Shown here one piece after another: positions 37,601-52,600 of a stretch of 64,000 nucleotides of DNA (positions within the stretch are counted from its first letter, which is position 1; every line of letters begins with the position of its first letter). The stretch comes from Auanema rhodensis (taxonomy: Eukaryota; Animalia; Nematoda): NCBI GenBank assembly GCA_964057225.1, contig OZ059897.1:17546001-17610000 (forward strand). Reading direction: 5' to 3'. Both the position numbers and the translations under genes were made by a program. The notes beneath the pieces were generated by a model. That model had not been told where the DNA came from. It saw only the letters and a program-made list of their open reading frames with translations, and made no database searches.

Positions 37601-40600
37601 GTATGTTGAGTTTCCATGTACACTCAACATTGCTTCCAAAAACATTTTGACAAAAATTTTTTCGAAAAATTTCAAAATAATTTAGCAAAAAGTAGATGTT
37701 TTTAGATTCCTTTTTTCAAGGCAAAGACGATGGACAATGTTATTCAACGAAAAAATTAATTCTTCAGGGTGAAAATCGAGGATATAAGTGTGAACTTATA
37801 TCAGTTGATATCTCGGTGCATTTTTAAGCTAGCGCAAGTCTGATAACACAGATCGACGCAGCTTAAAAATCCGCATCGAATGCACTATACTACATTGAGA
37901 AACGCTTGATACAAAAATTAGTTATGATCGTTTGAAAAATGATGCATTAGTGTATGTTGAGTTTCCATGTACACTCAACATTGCTTCCAAAAACATTTTG
38001 ACAAAAATTTTTTCGAAAAATTTCAAAATAATTTAGCAAAAAGTAGATGTTTTTAGATTCCTTTTTTCAAGGCAAAGACGATGGACAATGTTATTCAACG
38101 AAAAAAACAATTCTTCAGGGTGAAAATCGAGGATATAAGTGTGAACTTATATCAGTTGATATATCGGTGCATTTTTAAGCTAGCGCAAATCTGATAACAC
38201 AGATCGACGCAGCTTAAAAATCCGCATCGAATGCACTATACTACATTGAGAAACGCTTAATACAAAAATTAGTTATGATCGTTTGAAAAATGATGCATTA
38301 GTGTATGTTGAGTTTCCATGTACACTCAACATTGCTTCCAAAAACATTTTGACAAAAATTTTTTCGAAAAATTTCAGAATAATTTAGCAAAAAGTAGATG
38401 TTTTTAGATTCCTTTTTTCAAGGCAAAGACGATGGACAATGTTATTCAACGAAAAAAACAATTCTTCAGGGTGAAAATCGAGGATATAAGTGTGAACTTA
38501 TATCAGTTGATATATCGGTGCATTTTTAAGCTAGCGCAAATCTGATAACACAGATCGACGCAGCTTAAAAATCCGCATCGAATGCACTATACTACATTGA
38601 GAAACGCTTGATACAAAAATTAGTTCTGATCGTTTGAAAAATGATGCATTAGTGTATGTTGAGTTTCCATGTACACTCAACATTGCTTCCAAAAACATTT
38701 TGACAAAAATTTTTTCGAAAAATTTCAAGATAATTTAGCAAAAAGTAGATGTTTTTAGATTCCTTTTTTCAAGGCAAAGACGATGGACAATGTTATTCAA
38801 CGAAAAAATTTATTCTTCAGGTTGAAAATCGAGGATATAAGTGTGAACTTATATCAGTTGATATATTGGTGCATTTTTAAGCTAGCGCAAATCTGATAAC
38901 ACAGATCGACGCAGCTTAAAAATCCGCATCGAATGCACTATACTACATTGAGAAACGCTTAATACAAAAATTAGTTATGATCGTTTGAAAAATGATGCAT
39001 TAGTGTATGTTGAGTTTCCATGTACACTCAACATTGCTTCCAAAAACATTTTGACAAAAATTTTTTCGAAAAATTTCAAGATAATTTAGCAAAAAGTAGA
39101 TGTTTTTAGATTCCTTTTTTCAAGGCAAAGACGATGGACAATGTTATTCAACGAAAAAAACAATTCTTCAGGGTGAAAATCGAGGATATAAGTGTGAACT
39201 TATATCAGTTGATATATCGGTGCATTTTTAAGCTAGCGCAAATCTGATAACACAGATCGACGCAGCTTAAAAATCCGCATCGAATGCACTATACTACATT
39301 GAGAAACGCTTGATACAAAAATTAGTTCTGATCGTTTGAAAAATGATGCATTAGTGTATGTTGAGTTTCCATGTACACTCAACATTGCTTCCAAAAACAT
39401 TTTGACAAAAATTTTTTCGAAAAATTTCAAAATAATTTAGCAAAAAGTAGATGTTTTTAGATTCCTTTTTTCAAGGCAAAGACGATGGACAATGTTATTC
39501 AACGAAAAAATTTATTCTTCAGGGTGAAAATCGAGGATATAAGTGTGAACTTATATCAGTTGATATCTCGGTGCATTTTTAAGCTAGCGCAAATCTGATA
39601 ACACAGATCGACGCAGCTTAAAAATCCGCATCGAATGCACTATACTACATTGAGAAACGCTTAATACAAAAATTAGTTATGATCGTTTGAAAAATGATGC
39701 ATCAGTGTATGTTGAGTTTCCATGTACACTCAACATTGCTTCCAAAAACATTTTGACAAAACTTTTTTCGAAAAATTTCAAGATAATTTAGCAAAAAGTA
39801 GATGTTTTTAGATTCCTTTTTTCAAGGCAAAGACGATGGACAATGTTATTCAACGAAAAAAACAATTCTTCAGGGTGAAAATCGAGGATATAAGTGTGAA
39901 CTTATATCAGTTGATATATCGGTGCATTTTTAAGCTAGCGCAAATCTGATAACACAGATCGACGCAGCTTACAAATCCGCATCGAATGCACTATACTACA
40001 TTGAGAAACGCTTAATACAAAAATTAGTTATGATCGTTTGAAAAATGATGCATTAGTGTATGTTGAGTTTCCATGTACACTCAACATTGCTTCCAAAAAC
40101 ATTTTGACAAAAATTTTTTCGAAAAATTTCAAAATAATTTAGCAAAAAGTAGATGTTTTTAGATTCCTTTTTTCAAGGCAAAGACGATGGACAATGTTAT
40201 TCAACGAAAAAATTTATTCTTCAGGGTGAAAATCGAGGATATAAGTGTGAACTTATATCAGTTGATATCTCGGTGTATTTTTAAGCTAGCGCAAGTCTGA
40301 TAACACAGATCGACGCAGCTTAAAAATCCGCATCGAATGCACTATACTACATTGAAAAACGCTTAATACAAAAATTAGTTATGATCGTTTGAAAAATGAT
40401 GCATTAGTGTATGTTGAGTTTCCATGTACACTCAACATTGCTTCCAAAAACATTTTGACAAAACTTTTTTCGAAAAATTTCAAGATAATTTAGCAAAAAG
40501 TAGATGTTTTTAGATTCCTTTTTTCAAGGCAAAGACGATGGACAATGTTATTCAACGAAAAAAACAATTCTTCAGGGTGAAAATCGAGGATATAAGTGTG

Positions 40601-43600
40601 AACTTATATCAGTTGATATATCGGTGCATTTTTAAGCTAGCGCAAATCTGATAACACAGATCGACGCAGCTTACAAATCCGCATCGAATGCACTATACTA
40701 CATTGAGAAACGCTTAATACAAAAATTAGTTATGATCGTTTGAAAAATGATGCATTAGTGTATGTTGAGTTTCCATGTACACTCAACATTGCTTCCAAAA
40801 ACATTTTGACAAAAATTTTTTCGAAAAATTTCAAGATAATTTAGCAAAAAGTAGATGTTTTTAGATTCCTTTTTTCAAGGCAAAGACGATGGACAATGTT
40901 ATTCAACGAAAAAATTAATTCTTCAGGGTGAAAATCGAGGATATAAGTGTGAACTTATATCAGTTGATATCTCGGTGCATTTTTAAGCTAGCGCAAATCT
41001 GATAACACAGATCGACGTAGCTTAAAAATCCGCATCGAATGCACTATACTACATTGAGAAACGCTTAATACAAAAATTAGTTATGATCGTTTGAAAAATG
41101 ATGCATTAGTGTATGTTGAGTTTCCATGTACACTCAACATTGCTTCCAAAAACATTTTGACAAAAATTTTTTCGAAAAATTTCAAAATAATTTAGCAAAA
41201 AGTAGATGTTTTTAGATTCCTTTTTTCAAGGCAAAGACGATGGACAATGTTATTCAACGAAAAAATTAATTCTTCAGGGTGAAAATCGAGGATATAAGTG
41301 TGAACTTATATCAGTTGATATCTCGGTGCATTTTTAAGCTAGCGCAAATCTGATAACACAGATCGACGTAGCTTAAAAATCCGCATCGAATGCACTATAC
41401 TACATTGAGAAACGCTTAATACAAAAATTAGTTATGATCGTTTGAAAAATGATGCATTAGTGTATGTTGAGTTTCCATGTACACTCAACATTGCTTCCAA
41501 AAACATTTTGACAAAAATTTTTTCGAAAAATTTCAAAATAATTTAGCAAAAAGTAGATGTTTTTAGATTCCTTTTTTCAAGGCAAAGACGATGGACAATG
41601 TTATTCAACGAAAAAATTAATTCTTCAGGGTGAAAATCGAGGATATAAGTGTGAACTTATATCAGTTGATATCTCGGTGCATTTTTAAGCTAGCGCAAAT
41701 CTGATAACACAGATCGACGTAGCTTGAAAATCCGCATCGAATGCACTATACTACATTGAGAAACGCTTAATACAAAAATTAGTTATGATCGTTTGAAAAA
41801 TGATGCATTAGTGTATGTTGAGTTTCCATGTACACTCAACATTGCTTCCAAAAACATTTTGACAAAATTTTTTTCGAAAAATTTCAAAATAATTTAGCAA
41901 AAAGTAGATGTTTTTAGATTCCTTTTTTCAAGGCAAAGACGATGGACAATGTTATTCAACGAAAAAAACAATTCTTCAGGGTGAAAATCGAGGATATAAG
42001 TGTGAACTTATATCAGTTGATATATCGGTGCATTTTTAAGCTAGCGCAAATCTGATAACACAGATCGACGCAGCTTAAAAATCCGCATCGAATGCACTAT
42101 ACTACATTGGGAAACGCTTGATACAAAAATTAGTTCTGATCGTTTGAAAAATGATGCATTAGTGTATGTTGAGTTTCCATGTACACTCAACATTGCTTCC
42201 AAAAACATTTTGACAAAAATTTTTTCGAAAAATTTCAAAATAATTTAGCAAAAAGTAGATGTTTTTAGATTCCTTTTTTCAAGGCAAAGACGATGGACAA
42301 TGTTATTCAACGAAAAAATTTATTCTTCAGGGTGAAAATCGAGGATATAAGTGTGAACTTATATCAGTTGATATCTCGGTGCATTTTTAAGCTAGCGCAA
42401 ATCTGATAACACAGATCGACGCAGCTTAAAAATCCGCATCGAATGCACTATACTACATTGAGAAACGCTTAATACAAAAATTAGTTATGATCGTTTGAAA
42501 AATGATGCATTAGTGTATGTTGAGTTTCCATGTACACTCAACATTGCTTCCAAAAACATTTTGACAAAAATTTTTTCGAAAAATTTCAAGATAATTTAGC
42601 AAAAAGTAGATGTTTTTAGATTCCTTTTTTCAAGGCAAAGACGATGGACAATGTTATTCAACGAAAAAATTAATTCTTCAGGGTGAAAATCGAGGATATA
42701 AGTGTGAACTTATATCAGTTGATATCTCGGTGCATTTTTAAGCTAGCGCAAATCTGATAACACAGATCGACGCAGCTTAAAAATCCGCATCGAATGCACT
42801 ATACTACATTGAGAAACGCTTAATACAAAAATTAGTTATGATCGTTTGAAAAATGATGCATTAGTGTATGTTGAGTTTCCATGTACACTCAACATTGCTT
42901 CCAAAAACATTTTGACAAAAATTTTTTCGAAAAATTTCAAGATAATTTAGCAAAAAGTAGATGTTTTTAGATTCCTTTTTTCAAGGCAAAGACGATGGAC
43001 AATGTTATTCAACGAAAAAATTAATTCTTCAGGGTGAAAATCGAGGATATAAGTGTGAACTTATATCAGTTGATATCTCGGTGCATTTTTAAGCTAGCGC
43101 AAATCTGATAACACAGATCGACGCAGCTTAAAAATCCGCATCGAATGCACTATACTACATTGAGAAACGCTTAATACAAAAATTAGTTATAATCGTTTGA
43201 AAAATGATGCATTAGTGTATGTTGAGTTTCCATGTACACTCAACATTGCTTCCAAAAACATTTTGACAAAAATTTTTTCGAAAAATTTCAAGATAATTTA
43301 GCGAAAAGTAGATGTTTTTAGATTCCTTTTTTCAAGGCAAAGACGATGGACAATGTTATTCAACGAAAAAAGTAATTCTTCAGGGTGAAAATCGAGGATA
43401 TAAGTGTGAACTTATATCAGTTGATATCTCGGTGCATTTTTAAGCTAGCGCAAATCTGATAAAACAGATCGACGCAGCTTAAAAATCCGCATCGAATGCA
43501 CTATACTACATTGAGAAACGCTTAATACAAAAATTAGTTATGATCGTTTGAAAAATGATGCATTAGTGTATGTTGAGTTTCCATGTACACTCAACATTGC

Positions 43601-46600
43601 TTCCAAAAACATTTTGACAAAAATTTTTTCGAAAAATTTCAAAATAATTTAGCAAAAAGTAGATGTTTTTAGATTCCTTTTTTCAAGGCAAAGACGATGG
43701 ACAATGTTATTCAACGAAAAAATTTATTCTTCAGGGTGAAAATCGAGGATATAAGTGTGAACTTATATCAGTTGATATCTCGGTGCATTTTTAAGCTAGC
43801 GCAAATCTGATAACACAGATCGACGCAGCTTAAAAATCCGCATCGAATGCACTATACTACATTGAGAAACGCTTAATACAAAAATTAGTTATGATCGTTT
43901 GAAAAATGATGCATTAGTGTATGTTGAGTTTCCATGTACACTCAACATTGCTTCCAAAAACATTTTGACAAAAATTTTTTCGAAAAATTTCAAGATAATT
44001 TAGCAAAAAGTAGATGTTTTTAGATTCCTTTTTTCAAGGCAAAGACGATGGACAATGTTATTCAACGAAAAAATTAATTCTTCAGGGTGAAAATCGAGGA
44101 TATAAGTGTGAACTTATATCAGTTGATATCTCGGTGCATTTTTAAGCTAGCGCAAGTCTGATAACACAGATCGACGCAGCTTAAAAATCCGCATCGAATG
44201 CACTATACTACATTGAGAAACGCTTAATACAAAAATTAGTTATGATCGTTTGAAAAATGATGCATTAGTGTATGTTGAGTTTCCATGTACACTCAACATT
44301 GCTTCCAAAAACATTTTGACAAAAATTTTTTCGAAAAATTTCAAGATAATTTAGCAAAAAGTAGATGTTTTTAGATTCCTTTTTTCAAGGCAAAGACGAT
44401 GGACAATGTTATTCAACGAAAAAATTAATTCTTCAGGGTGAAAATCGAGGATATAAGTGTGAACTTATATCAGTTGATATCTCGGTGCATTTTTAAGCTA
44501 GCGCAAGTCTGATAACACAGATCGACGCAGCTTAAAAATCCGCATCGAATGCACTATACTACATTGAGAAACGCTTAATACAAAAATTAGTTATGATCGT
44601 TTGAAAAATGATTCATTAGTGTATGTTGAGTTTCCATGTACACTCAACATTGCTTCCAAAAACATTTTGACAAAACTTTTTTCGAAAAATTTCAAGATAA
44701 TTTAGCAAAAAGTAGATGTTTTTAGATTCCTTTTTTCAAGGCAAAGACGATGGACAATGTTATTCAACGAAAAAATTAATTCTTCAGGGTGAAAATCGAG
44801 GATATAAGTGTGAACTTATATCAGTTGATATCTCGGTGCATTTTTAAGCTAGCGCAAGTCTGATAACACAGATCGACGCAGCTTAAAAATCCGCATCGAA
44901 TGCACTATACTACATTGAGAAACGCTTGATACAAAAATTAGTTATGATCGTTTGAAAAATGATGCATTAGTGTATGTTGAGTTTCCATGTACACTCAACA
45001 TTGCTTCCAAAAACATTTTGACAAAAATTTTTTCGAAAAATTTCAAAATAATTTAGCAAAAAGTAGATGTTTTTAGATTCCTTTTTTCAAGGCAAAGACG
45101 ATGGACAATGTTATTCAACGAAAAAATTTATTCTTCAGGGTGAACATCGAGGATATAAGTGTGAACTTATATCAGTTGATATCTCGGTGCATTTTTAAGC
45201 TAGCGCAAATCTGATAACACAGATCGACGCAGCTTAAAAATCCGCATCGAATGCACTATACTACATTGAGAAACGCTTAATACAAAAATTAGTTATGATC
45301 GTTTGAAAAATGATGCATTAGTGTATGTTGAGTTTCCATGTACACTCAACATTGCTTCCAAAAACATTTTGACAAAAATTTTTTCGAAAAATTTCAAAAT
45401 ATTTTAGCAAAAAGTAGATGTTTTTAGATTCCTTTTTTCACGGCAAAGACGATGGACAATGTTATTCAACGAAAAAAACAATTCTTCAGGGTGAAAATCG
45501 AGGATATAAGTGTGAACTTATATCAGTTGATATATCGGTGCATTTTTAAGCTAGCGCAAATCTGATAACACAGATCGACGCAGCTTAAAAATCCGCATCG
45601 AATGCACTATACTACATTGAGAAACGCTTAATACAAAAATTAGTTATGATCGTTTGAAAAATGATGCATTAGTGTATGTTGAGTTTCCATGTACACTCAA
45701 CATTGCTTCCAAAAACATTTTGACAAAAATTTTTTCGAAAAATTTCAAGATAATTTAGCAAAAAGTAGATGTTTTTAGATTCCTTTTTTCAAGGCAAAGA
45801 CGATGGACAATGTTATTCAACGAAAAAATTAATTCTTCAGGGTGAAAATCGAGGATATAAGTGTGAACTTATATCAATTGATATCTCGGTGCATTTTTAA
45901 GCTAGCGCAAATCTGATAACACAGATCGACGCAGCTTAAAAATCCGCATCGAATGCACTATACTACATTGAGAAACGCTTAATACAAAAATTAGTTATGA
46001 TCGTTTGAAAAATGATGCATTAGTGTATGTTGAGTTTCCATGTACACTCAACATTGCTTCCAAAAACATTTTGACAAAAATTTTTTCGAAAAATTTCAAG
46101 ATAATTTAGCGAAAAGTAGATGTTTTTAGATTCCTTTTTTCAAGGCAAAGACGATGGACAATGTTATTCAACGAAAAAATTAATTCTTCAGGGTGAAAAT
46201 CGAGGATATAAGTGTGAACTTATATCAGTTGATATCTCGGTGCATTTTTAAGCTAGCGCAAATCTGATAACACAGATCGACGCAGCTTAAAAATCCGCAT
46301 CGAATGCACTATACTACATTGAGAAACGCTTAATACAAAAATTAGTTATGATCGTTTGAAAAATGATGCATTAGTGTATGTTGAGTTTCCATGTACACTC
46401 AACATTGCTTCCAAAAACATTTTGACAAAACTTTTTTCGAAAAATTTCAAGATAATTTAGCAAAAAGTAGATGTTTTTAGATTCCTTTTTTCAAGGCAAA
46501 GACGATGGACAATGTTATTCAACGAAAAAATTAATTCTCCAGGGTGAAAATCGAGGATATAAGTGTGAACTTATATCAGTTGATATCTCGGTGCATTTTT

Positions 46601-49600
46601 AAGCTAGCGCAAATCTGATAACACAGATCGACGCAGCTTAAAAATCCGCATCGAATGCACTATACTACATTGAGAAACGCTTAATACAAAAATTAGTTAT
46701 GATCGTTTGAAAAATGATGCATTAGTGTATGTTGAGTTTCCATGTACACTCAACATTGCTTCCAAAAACATTTTGACAAAAATTTTTTCGAAAAATTTCA
46801 AAATAATTTAGCGAAAAGTAGATGTTTTTAGATTCCTTTTTTCAAGGCAAAGACGATGGACAATGTTATTCAACGAAAAAATTTATTCTTCAGGGTGAAA
46901 ATCGAGGATATAAGTGTGAACTTATATCAGTTGATATATCGGTGCATTTTTAAGCTAGCGCAAATCTGATAACACAGATCGACGCAGCTTAAAAATCTGC
47001 ATCGAATGCACTATACTACATTGAGAAACGCTTAATACAAAAATTAGTTATGATCGTTTGAAAAATGATTCATTAGTGTATGTTGAGTTTCCATGTACAC
47101 TCAACATTGCTTCCAAAAACATTTTGACAAAACTTTTTTCGAAAAATTTCAAGATAATTTAGCAAAAAGTAGATGTTTTTAGATTCCTTTTTTCAAGGCA
47201 AAGACGATGGACAATGTTATTCAACGAAAAAATTAATTCTCCAGGGTGAAAATCGAGGATATAAGTGTGAACTTATATCAGTTGATATCTCGGTGCATTT
47301 TTAAGCTAGCGCAAATCTGATAACACAGATCGACGCAGCTTAAAAATCCGCATCGAATGCACTATACTACATTGAGAAACGCTTAATACAAAAATTAGTT
47401 ATGATCGTTTGAAAAATGATGCATTAGTGTATGTTGAGTTTCCATGTACACTCAACATTGCTTCCAAAAACATTTTGACAAAAATTTTTTCGAAAAATTT
47501 CAAAATAATTTAGCGAAAAGTAGATGTTTTTAGATTCCTTTTTTCAAGGCAAAGACGATGGACAATGTTATTCAACGAAAAAATTTATTCTTCAGGGTGA
47601 AAATCGAGGATATAAGTGTGAACTTATATCAGTTGATATCTCGGTGCATTTTTAAGCTAGCGCAAATCTGATAACACAGATCGACGCAGCTTAAAAATCC
47701 GCATCGAATGCACTATACTACATTGAGAAACGCTTGATACAAAAATTAGTTCTGATCGTTTGAAAAATGATGCATTAGTGTATGTTGAGTTTCCATGTAC
47801 ACTCAACTTTGCTTCCAAAAACATTTTGACAAAAATTTTTTCGAAAAATTTCAAGATAATTTAGCAAAAAGTAGATGTTTTTAGATTCCTTTTTTCAAGG
47901 CAAAGACGATGGACAATGTTATTCAACGAAAAAATTAATTCTTCAGGGTGAAAATCGAGGATATAAGTGTGAACTTATATCAGTTGATATCTCGGTGCAT
48001 TTTTAAGCTAGCGCAAATCTGATAACACAGATCGACGCAGCTTAAAAATCCGCATCGAATGCACTATACTACATTGAGAAACGCTTAATACAAAAATTAG
48101 TTATGATCGTTTGAAAAATGATGCATTAGTGTATGTTGAGTTTCCATGTACACTCAACATTGCTTCCAAAAACATTTTGACAAAAATTTTTTCGAAAAAT
48201 TTCAAAATAATTTAGCAAAAAGTAGATGTTTTTAGATTCCTTTTTTCAAGGCAAAGACGATGGACAATGTTATTCAACGAAAAAATTTATTCTTCAGGGT
48301 GAAAATTGAGGATATAAGTGTGAACTTATATCAGTTGATATATTGGTGCATTTTTAAGCTAGCGCAAATCTGATAACACAGATCGACGCAGCTTAAAAAT
48401 CCGCATCGAATGCACTATACTACATTGAGAAACGCCTAATACAAAAATTAGTTATGATCGTTTGAAAAATGATGCATTAGTGTATGTTGAGTTTCCATGT
48501 ACACTCAACATTGCTTCCATAAACATTTTGACAAAAATTTTTTCGAAAAATTTCAAAATAATTTAGCAAAAAGTAGATGTTTTTAGATTCCTTTTTTCAA
48601 GGCAAAGACGATGGACAATGTTATTCAACGAAAAAATTTATTCTTCAGGGTGAAAATCGAGGATATAAGTGTGAACTTATATCAGTTGATATATCGGTGC
48701 ATTTTTAAGCTAGCGCAAATCTGATAACACAGATCGACGCAGCTTAAAAATCCGCATCGAATGCACTATACTACATTGAGAAACGCTTAATACAAAAATT
48801 AGTTATGATCGTTTGAAAAATGATGCATTAGTGTATGTTGAGTTTCCATGTACACTCAACATTGCTTCCAAAAACATTTTGACAAAAATTTTTTCGAAAA
48901 ATTTCAAGATAATTTAGCAAAAAGTAGATGTTTTTAGATTCCTTTTTTCAAGGCAAAGACGATGGACAATGTTATTCAATGAAAAAATTAATTCTTCAGG
49001 GTGAAAATCGAGGATATAAGTGTGAACTTATATCAGTTGATATCTCGGTGCATTTTTAAGCTAGCGCAAATCTGATAACACAGATCGACGCAGCTTAAAA
49101 ATCCGCATCGAATGCACTATACTACATTGAGAAACGCTTAATACAAAAATTAGTTATGATCGTTTGAAAAATGATGCATTAGTGTATGTTGAGTTTCCAT
49201 GTACACTCAACATTGCTTCCAAAAACATTTTGACAAAAATTTTTTCGAAAAATTTCAAAATAATTTAGCAAAAAGTAGATGTTTTTAGATTCCTTTTTTC
49301 AAGGCAAAGACGATGGACAATGTTATTCAACGAAAAAAACAATTCTTCAGGGTGAAAATCGAGGATATAAGTGTGAACTTATATCAGTTGATATATCGGT
49401 GCATTTTTAAGTTAGCGCAAATCTGATAACACAGATCGACGCAGCTTAAAAATCCGCATCGAATGCACTATACTACATTGAGAAACGCTTAATACAAAAA
49501 TTAGTTATGATCGTTTGAAAAATGATGCATTAGTGTATGTTGAGTTTCCATGTACACTCAACATTGCTTCCAAAAACATTTTGACAAAAATTTTTTCGAA

Positions 49601-52600
49601 AAATTTCAAAATAATTTAGCAAAAAGTAGATGTTTTTAGATTCCTTTTTTCAAGGCAAAGACGATGGACAATGTTATTCAACGAAAAAATTAATTCTTCA
49701 GGGTGAAAATCGAGGATATAAGTGTGAACTTATATCAGTTGATATCTCGGTGCATTTTTAAGCTAGCGCAAGTCTGATAACACAGATCGACGCAGCTTAA
49801 AAATCCGCATCGAATGCACTATACTACATTGAGAAACGCTTGATTTAAAAATTAGTTATGATCGTTTGAAAAATGATGCATTAGTGTATGTTGAGTTTCC
49901 ATGTACACTCAACATTGCTTCCAAAAACATTTTGACAAAAATTTTTTCGAAAAATTTCAAAATAATTTAGCAAAAAGTAGATGTTTTTAGATTCCTTTTT
50001 TCAAGGCAAAGACGATGGACAATGTTATTCAACGAAAAAAACAATTCTTCAGGGTGAAAATCGAGGATATAAGTGTGAACTTATATCAGTTGATATATCG
50101 GTGCATTTTTAAGCTAGCGCAAATCTGATAACACAGATCGACGCAGCTTAAAAATCCGCATCGAATGCACTATACTACATTGAGAAACGCTTAATACAAA
50201 AATTAGTTATGATCGTTTGAAAAATGATGCATTAGTGTATGTTGAGTTTCCATGTACACTCAACATTGCTTCCAAAAACATTTTGACAAAAATTTTTTCG
50301 AAAAATTTCAAAATAATTTAGCAAAAAGTAGATGTTTTTAGATTCCTTTTTTCAAGGCAAAGACGATGGACAATGTTATTCAACGAAAAAAACAATTCTT
50401 CAGGGTGAAAATCGAGGATATAAGTGTGAACTTATATCAGTTGATATATCGGTGCATTTTTAAGCTAGCGCAAATCTGATAACACAGATCGACGCAGCTT
50501 AAAAATCCGCATCGAATGCACTATACTACATTGAGAAACGCTTGATACAAAAATTAGTTCTGATCGTTTGAAAAATGATGCATTAGTGTATGTTGAGTTT
50601 CCATGTACACTCAACATTGCTTCCAAAAACATTTTGACAAAAATTTTTTCGAAAAATTTCAAGATAATTTAGCAAAAAGTAGATGTTTTTAGATTCCTTT
50701 TTTCAAGGCAAAGACGATGGACAATGTTATTCAACGAAAAAATTTATTCTTCAGGGTGAAAATCGAGGATATAAGTGTGAACTTATATCAGTTGATATAT
50801 TGGTGCATTTTTAAGCTAGCGCAAATCTGATAACACAGATCGACGCAGCTTAAAAATCCGCATCGAATGCACTATACTACATTGAGAAACGCTTAATACA
50901 AAAATTAGTTATGATCGTTTGAAAAATGATGCATTAGTGTATGTTGAGTTTCCATGTACACTCAACATTGCTTCCAAAAACATTTTGACAAAAATTTTTT
51001 CGAAAAATTTCAAGATAATTTAGCAAAAAGTAGATGTTTTTAGATTCCTTTTTTCAAGGCAAAGACGATGGACAATGTTATTCAACGAAAAAAACAATTC
51101 TTCAGGGTGAAAATCGAGGATATAAGTGTGAACTTATATCAGTTGATATATCGGTGCATTTTTAAGCTAGCGCAAATCTGATAACACAGATCGACGCAGC
51201 TTAAAAATCCGCATCGAATGCACTATACTACATTGAGAAACGCTTGATACAAAAATTAGTTCTGATCGTTTGAAAAATGATGCATTAGTGTATGTTGAGT
51301 TTCCATGTACACTCAACATTGCTTCCAAAAACATTTTGACAAAAATTTTTTCGAAAAATTTCAAAATAATTTAGCAAAAAGTAGATGTTTTTAGATTCCT
51401 TTTTTCAAGGCAAAGACGATGGACAATGTTATTCAACGAAAAAATTTATTCTTCAGGGTGAAAATCGAGGATATAAGTGTGAACTTATATCAGTTGATAT
51501 CTCGGTGCATTTTTAAGCTAGCGCAAATCTGATAACACAGATCGACGCAGCTTAAAAATCCGCATCGAATGCACTATACTACATTGAGAAACGCTTAATA
51601 CAAAAATTAGTTATGATCGTTTGAAAAATGATGCATCAGTGTATGTTGAGTTTCCATGTACACTCAACATTGCTTCCAAAAACATTTTGACAAAACTTTT
51701 TTCGAAAAATTTCAAGATAATTTAGCAAAAAGTAGATGTTTTTAGATTCCTTTTTTCAAGGCAAAGACGATGGACAATGTTATTCAACGAAAAAAACAAT
51801 TCTTCAGGGTGAAAATCGAGGATATAAGTGTGAACTTATATCAGTTGATATATCGGTGCATTTTTAAGCTAGCGCAAATCTGATAACACAGATCGACGCA
51901 GCTTACAAATCCGCATCGAATGCACTATACTACATTGAGAAACGCTTAATACAAAAATTAGTTATGATCGTTTGAAAAATGATGCATTAGTGTATGTTGA
52001 GTTTCCATGTACACTCAACATTGCTTCCAAAAACATTTTGACAAAAATTTTTTCGAAAAATTTCAAAATAATTTAGCAAAAAGTAGATGTTTTTAGATTC
52101 CTTTTTTCAAGGCAAAGACGATGGACAATGTTATTCAACGAAAAAATTTATTCTTCAGGGTGAAAATCGAGGATATAAGTGTGAACTTATATCAGTTGAT
52201 ATCTCGGTGTATTTTTAAGCTAGCGCAAGTCTGATAACACAGATCGACGCAGCTTAAAAATCCGCATCGAATGCACTATACTACATTGAGAAACGCTTAA
52301 TACAAAAATTAGTTATGATCGTTTGAAAAATGATGCATTAGTGTATGTTGAGTTTCCATGTACACTCAACATTGCTTCCAAAAACATTTTGACAAAACTT
52401 TTTTCGAAAAATTTCAAGATAATTTAGCAAAAAGTAGATGTTTTTAGATTCCTTTTTTCAAGGCAAAGACGATGGACAATGTTATTCAACGAAAAAAACA
52501 ATTCTTCAGGGTGAAAATCGAGGATATAAGTGTGAACTTATATCAGTTGATATATCGGTGCATTTTTAAGCTAGCGCAAATCTGATAACACAGATCGACG